NCBI GenBank assembly: GCA_951406725.2
Contig: OX597832.1
Coordinates: 9,362,001-9,426,000, forward strand
Reading direction: 5' to 3'
Length of the DNA stretch: 64,000 nucleotides
Source: Octopus vulgaris
Lineage: Eukaryota
Part shown: positions 57,372-64,000 of the stretch, piece by piece
Layout: each line of letters begins with the position of its first letter
Numbering within the stretch: the stretch's first letter is position 1
The notes under the pieces: model-generated
What the model saw: the letters and a program-made list of their open reading frames with translations, nothing else
What the model was told of the DNA's origin: nothing
Database searches by the model: none
Position numbers and translations under genes: made by a program

Positions 57372-57873
57372 CTTTCCATTGAAAAAGATTTATCATAGAT
57401 TTATCAAATGCTACGTACCTCAAACCTTCTGACCATGCGACATCAAAATATTTGAAGAAAGTGAGCAAAGGCTAAATCTACATAGACGTTTGAATTCATA
57501 AATCTTCCCTCCGCGGTCAAGCAACCTGTTTTGCCTGTCCCTTTTTCTTATATACAATATACAGAAGTTCCTGCCGGTAATCGGCTATATTTACATACCG
57601 AATTCTACCAGTAAATAATTGGGGTTTTTTTAAAAGCCTTTATAGAAATTATTTACTCTTATCATTATATTACTATTTGGATTTTTCACTCCCTTTGACA
57701 GCCTATTTTTGTAATGCGCATGGCAGAATTTTGGAGGGAAGATTTATGAATTCAAACGTCTATGTAGATTTAGCCTTTGCTCACTTTCTTCAAATATTTT
57801 GATGTCGCATGGTCAGAAGGTTTGAGGTACGTAGCATTTGATAAATCTATGATAAATCTTTTTCAATGGAAAG

Positions 57874-57984
57874 CTGTGCTGAAGAAGGATGTGAAATATA
57901 TTTGCAATATATATGAAATATATATCAAAAATATATGGAATATATATTCAATATGTTTATAATCCAGAAACATGATGTTCACAG
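57874..57984 (+). ncRNA. Type I hammerhead, long AU-rich stem II
   Basis: CUGUG-CUGAAGA-A-GGAU..AUCC-A-GAAA-CAUGAUG-UU-CACAG. Confidence 0.7.
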
Positions 57985-58062
57985 ATAACCGCCAGACTTC
58001 GTATTCGTTATCTATTCCTTCTGTTTTGCATATATGAATTACAGGGTCTGTCGTTTGTTTTC

Positions 58063-58140
58063 CACCTGCCTTCGTCTTTTCACCTGCCTTCGTCTATTTT
58101 CACCTGCCTTCGTCTATTTTCACCTGCCTTCGTCTATTTT
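58063..58140 (+). repeat. Four tandem ~20-bp units CACCTGCCTTCGTCTATTTT within the 3' end of the HHR mini-element family
   Basis: Direct reading; a single unit occurs in the 29478-29686 element. Confidence 0.9.
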
Positions 58141-58154
58141 CATAAAGCTCCCCG

Positions 58155-58196
<42 letters not shown>

Positions 58197-58198
<2 letters not shown>

Positions 58199-58945
58199 CG
58201 AATTCATCAAAGGAGTATTCAAAACAAGAAAACCACCCCCAACAAATAGACACGTAGATGCCTTTGAAAATGAATTCTAGGATACAATAACGAGGCTAAA
58301 TTTTAAGCGACACCCACAAAGGGATCACAGCTACCAGAGGAACCTAGAAGACCTGATATATGCCACAAATCACACACAATTGAACATGAAGGAAATAAAT
58401 GTAAAATTAGAAGGGAGGATATCACTTATTAGCTTTGATAATAAACTCTGGGTACGTAAAGGAACCCCTTTTGATATCCCCATGGGAGCCCCATATTCAG
58501 CACAGATAACTGATCTGGTAGACATCTATTTGCTATCACGCATACAGGACGAATTCCCGGAACTCAAACGTGGACCCTACAGGGACGACGCTCTCTTCAT
58601 AATTAATTCACACTCAAATAGGAAACTAGAGCTTATCAATAAAAGCTACATAAATTCTTCAAATGTTTTGGACAATCTATCTCTATTGAAAAGGAACAGA
58701 CACAGCCTGCCATCTAACCACAGGACTCTATGAACCATACATGAAACCCAACACGAACCTCATATACATAATCACTGCAAGTAAACACCCACAATTTATG
58801 AAGAGTAGCCTAGTACATAGCACTAGTAATAGAATTTCACGCCTCTCTTCTAACGGAGACATCTTTAACAGACATAAAGAAACCTATAACTCCACACTAC
58901 GGAAAGCAGTATTTAAACAAAGAATCAAATACCTAAACCTTAATC
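58197..58945 (+). mobile_element. PLE RT remnant (YRDD type), internally deleted
   Basis: FKTRKPPP..FENEF; FDIPMGAPYSAQITDLVDIYLL; GPYRDDAL; YEPYMKPNTNLIYIITASKHPQ..RISRLSSNGDIF (thumb); starts after (TA)n. Confidence 0.85.
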
Positions 58946-59837
58946 ACCCTATAAGCAGCCCAAATAACAGGAAACCACTCACTAGTACAACTAACCCCAA
59001 CCACACACCATGCTCAATCGCAAACAAATTACGGGTAGCCCACATGAACCCAACGAATAAGAAGGCGAGATTCAAGATGATACAGCTCTGATTTTATGCC
59101 TATCTACATTATAAAACACACACACATACACACACACACACACACACATACACATACATACGGTGCCGATGCTGGGGTTACGTTGCACTTGTAATTTTGT
59201 GTACATATATGTCTCTATCTATATCTATATCTACCTAACTATCTATCTATCTATCTATCTATATATATATATATGTATATATGTATAGCTATATCCAGCT
59301 ATCTAGCTATCGTTCGTTTGATCAATATAATTTGCAATTTTTCTCCTCTCTCTCTCTCGCTCTCTATGTATATGTGTGTATTTGTGTGTGTGTGTGTGTG
59401 AATGTATTTTTATGTATGAATATGTCCTTCATATATGTAGATAAAAACATAATATTTTTTGATGCAAGGAGGAAAATAATAGAAAATTACAACCTGAAAT
59501 ATGATTTGTAACGTACCTGTTGGTAGGACAGTGAGATTATAAAGAGAAACAACTTCAATGTTTAATACATAGAATTGACATTTTAACGCTGAGTACAAAA
59601 CCTGTAGTAAATCTACGGTTATACACATTTAATGCAAGAAAATGACAAAAAAAATATTTGCAATAGAAACACATATAGAAACAATACCGAATTTAGGACG
59701 TCGGTTGGCATTGCACGCTCAGAGTATGTATGCATGTAGAAAGACGCAAGACATTCTGTTAGAAACGCTTGTATAGGTGATGTGCTGTAGTACAGATGAT
59801 AAAGAGATATTAATATATCTGATAGTGTTAAGGTGTC

Positions 59838-60010
59838 CAGTTGGCAAAATACTTAGCAAGCAAGTGAAAATGCTTTACGTTCTGAGTATACCAACGTTGA
59901 TTTAGCCTTTCACCCTTTCGAGGTCGATAAAATTACTAGCAGTGGGTTCAGTGCAATCTAATTACCCTGTTTCCGCGAAATTACTCGCCTTGTGCCAAAA
60001 TTTGAAATCA
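59838..60010 (+). mobile_element. SINE family 2 degenerate copy
   Basis: CCTTTCACCCTTTCGAGGTCGATAAAAT..GCCTTGTGCCAAAATTTGAAA. Confidence 0.65.
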
Positions 60011-60648
60011 GTATATGTGGTAGTGTTGGTCGCCGTCTGGGTGATCGGAATGGAAAAATATAGTATGTTTGTGTTGATGAACGTATTTCTTGTATCGCTT
60101 GACTCGAGAACTGTTGATTAGAACAATGATGGTGGCGCTGGAATTGACGTGGCGCATTGGTACCATTTCCACCCTCAACATTTCGAGTGTTTGCTTATAG
60201 GAAACATGCTATTAATATGTTTGTTATGCAATAAAATTACCTGAATCTTGTGAGCTAGTAACGGGTGAATTTGTTTATCACAATTACAGTATTACTGTTG
60301 AAGCCCCTGTCAAGGAATTCTTCTAAAGCATCGGTAATTTACATTTTCATTTACAATAAAACACAATAGATATAGGCCAAAACATTTAGAGATAAGCACA
60401 GAATGTGGAAAAGTAATTGTGAAAAATCATCTTCAGCCATCCAGTCTATGGAAATTCGACCAGTATATTTGAAGCAACACTGACGCTAAACCAAATTCAA
60501 TCACCGTTCCGGGAAGTGTCAAGTACTAGAAGCGTTCTATATGGATGTAGGAATATTAATATGCTGAAAAATATACATACATACGTACATACATACATGC
60601 ACACATGCATACATGCATACATACATGCGTTCATACACACACACACAG

Positions 60649-60681
<33 letters not shown>

Positions 60682-63600
60682 AATATATATACATATATAC
60701 ATACATATAAATAGATACACACAGACCGACATATACGTGCACACACTCACGCACACACACAAACACACACACACACATAAACATACACATGTAAGACGTG
60801 CAGATACTCACAATATAAAAAATGTGATAAAGAGAGATTGATAAATATAGATAGTTATAAAGATATTGGTAGAAACATAGATTCTTATACACATAGATAC
60901 ATCTACATGCGACGTATATTTTGCTATGTATTTATGTGTGTATTTGCACATATGAAGGTCACCAGACATCGCTATTTTCTTGAACAATTTCCAGTTAACC
61001 ACTTTGTATTACTTATCAATGGCGTTCTGTTTTATCACCAATGCCAGAAGATTTATTCCAATTAAAATACACTGCTTTCACAACATATCGCTCTATATCG
61101 ACATATCTTTGACGCTATTCGTATCGCCTAGTAAACATTTCACACCTTATTTACAAAAGCTCTCAGCCGTCTATCTCAAGTCGTTTGCATGAAACAAGTT
61201 CAACAGAACAATATACCGAATTATAATTATATAACAGAAAATTGTGAATGAATATAAGAATTTTACTATATTTTATATCTTGCTTTCATTCACGCGCGAG
61301 TGTTGATTCGTAACAGGTTTTACTAATCGTTTTAGGTTTGCAAATATTCACGACGAGGCACATGTAATTAACTAGTGTGTGTGGGCAGTTAGTCTTCAGG
61401 ATTTGTCATCGCTGTTAAATGTGTTTGTTCCTTCTAATGTTTACTCTTCATTATGACCCTAACTGAAGCTTAAACCTTAGACCTTGCAGCAGCTTACCCT
61501 CCACATATTTGTGATACTCGTATAAAACATTTCCTTTTAGGTGGGAACATCTTTGCTGCTTAAAGTGCCATTACTCGAGGTCGAATGTGTAACCATTGTA
61601 ATTTTGAATGCAACAACTTTAGGACGATTCCATTACTTTTCCTACGATCACACTCAAATCGTTTCTGTCTTGATTTTGTTGCTTTTCCCCTTATTTTTGT
61701 TATTATCGCTATTGTTCTTGTTGTTGAGTGTGTTATGCATGTTTTATTTGTTGCTATAGTTGCTGCTGTAAATGTAAGCGCAGGTGTTCATATCCTCATA
61801 TCTGAAATATGACAGAAATGTTGAATTACTAAGTTGGATATCTTAAAAATGCTTTCTGTTGCTAAGGTATCGTTTGGTATATAATTATCGCTATGACAAT
61901 CCAGTGGTTACATTAATATGCTGTGAAAGATTACGGCTTATATCGCAAACCTCTGATGGATTTTGATCATGCTTTTCCCCTAGAAAGGTGCCGAAGATAA
62001 TGAAACTAGAGCTTGAATCTTTATCGCTTTAAAGTGTATCATAGATATATACATCTACGAAAAGCAGCGACATATTCACCTATAAGGGAGACGAAAATGC
62101 AATATTATATTGAATGTCAGATTTGTTTATTATAATAACATAAGCATTATGAACAAACGCAAATATATCCGGATATATTTCATACATTATTAAATCAATA
62201 CTGTGAGAAATCTCTTAACATTCGGTTTTCTTTCGCCACAGAAGTCTAAAGTCTGCATAGATTATAAAAGATAAATATATAGAAGCCAACTAACAAGAAC
62301 CAGTCAGGACATTACAATCAGTAGTATGTTTATTCCTCTAGCCTACCATCTAAGATATTTACTGAGAGAATCACAGCTCTCAATATAATCACACAGTTCC
62401 TAAACTAGTATTTGTAAAAGATCATTAAATGTTTGTCCTAACCAGAAGAAATATCTATCCTCGAGCATTTTTATCTAGATGCAACTACCATATCAATCGA
62501 ACAAAGAGAAGAAAGCAAGTTTCATCCTTCTGAAAAAAAGCAATGGCTCCATCTCCCTTTTTGTTACACCTGACATCTAGGTCCACCCCCTCATGTGATA
62601 ACAACACCTCTTAGCATTTAATAAAAGCTACATGAAACAAGTCAAGAACCAGAAATTTATAGACGCTGATCGAATGCGTTTTATGCTGTCTCATCAACCT
62701 ATGCACCGCTCGAGGAGTTTTGTTATTGAAATCCATTATCCCCTACAGGAAGTCTTAAATGCTCTTTTACTGTCGGTCAAGAACAAATCATTTTAAGCCC
62801 ACAAACCCTGGGCGAAGTGCTCTTGCCTTCATATATGAAAACGAAGTAAACGGAAAGAATCCTAGCGAGGCAGAACAAATAATGGTTGTATTTCAGTCAA
62901 CCATTAATTATTATCGAAGTCCGTTTGACATTTTTATGTGATCTAAAATTAACAGATAGAAGCCAGATTAAATACAGTCTTACTCTAGTGTACATATATA
63001 TTGAAGTTGTAATCTTATTGGCTTGTTTCGTAGCGCATCTCTGACTGAAACAGCGACAATAGCAAATATTTTGTGAAAAGCGTACCAAATCCTAGAAAAG
63101 GGCTATTTCACAATCCCCACGGGAGACCTTTTATTCATCTGTTGAATTTGATCTTTGAATAATATTTGATCTTTGAATTTGATCTTTGAATAATATGCCA
63201 AACCAACGAGGGCTGTGGTGAGTAAAGTAGAGAGGTATCGACATCTGCTGCCTCAAAGACTGTAGGTCGACAAATTTACGGTGAAACATCTACTTCAAAT
63301 GTGATCGCAATCGTAATATACGGGTCGCCAAATACATGAGGCTTGGCCTATTTGAAAAAAAGGTGACATCATGACTATTCCCTCTTTACCTTCTTAAAAT
63401 AATATACAGCATATTTGTTAAAACTGACCAAATTTGCTCCATTATCTGCTGAAGATCACTATCAGTAATTTATTAGAATTCCGTACACTCAGGCTTACCT
63501 TATTTGATAGGGAAAATATTACTGTGACAAGAATATTTCACTGACGTTAGCATGGGGCATACGTAAACACGTATACATTTCAATACAGAAACGCAGCGAC

Positions 63601-64000
63601 ATGTATAATTTGAAAGAAGCCTCATAGGTAATGTAGTCAGATTTTAAAAAAATTATATATGCGATATAATTTAACTTAAAATAGTCTTTCTTGGTGGAAG
63701 CAATTTGAAATCGGGTGAATGTATACAATTTTGATGACACCCTAATATAGTCTTTCGATAAACAAAGTACGATCTTGTAAGTATAAATCTAAAGATAGAA
63801 ATGAAATGTAGTCAATAAAACCGTTCCCAGCAAAACCACATTTCAATTAATTAGAGAAGGAAAATAATGAATTTGTGCATATTAACGCAGGTTAGTAACG
63901 TGTATTATTGATTATTGATATTATTTCGTACCTTAAACGTATCTAAATAGATAACTCAAGTATTTAATGAGATTTCAATACAGACACGTTTCACTAGACT

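Noticed and set aside
58063-58140. CRISPR-like 20-bp repeats
   Set aside because: Head-to-tail with no spacers, eukaryotic context, no cas genes
63445-63530. CTGAAGA..CTATCA/TGATAG..GAAA-ATAT-TA hammerhead-like fold
   Set aside because: Stem I is mostly mismatched and the stem II base is irregular; could be chance or heavy decay
63575-63748. TTTTGATGACACCCTAATA resembling a Tc1-type TIR
   Set aside because: No convincing partner TIR

Overview
AT-rich, microsatellite-saturated eukaryotic (metazoan) intergenic or intronic DNA. The tRNA-derived SINE families resemble those of octopods (inference). I find no intact host protein-coding gene, and almost every ORF in the track is a translation of simple repeats. 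The window is a transposon graveyard: several tRNA-derived SINE families; remnants of CR1/L2, RTE, Tx1/L1 and RLE-type (R4/Dong-like) LINEs; mariner and Tc1-like DNA transposons; a MITE; Helitron-like repeats; and three Penelope-like element (PLE) reverse-transcriptase remnants, one with a telomerase-like insertion-in-fingers spacing. The most striking signal is not in the ORF track. At least nine type-I hammerhead ribozyme (HHR) folds sit in short non-coding elements, mostly beside (TA)n or (AAT)n tracts, and they fall into three architectures. (i) Long-stem-II HHRs: two have perfect cores, and one occurs twice in an interleaved A-B-A'-B' inversion. (ii) A ~200-bp mini-element with a 15-bp target-site duplication and a recurrent A6U core variant. 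(iii) A tRNA-headed SINE with an (AAT)n body and an HHR in its tail. Two long-stem-II elements also share a predicted pseudoknot downstream of the cleavage site. Together these suggest a diverse set of non-autonomous, PLE-mobilised ribozyme retroelements. Folds were derived by eye; activity is untested.
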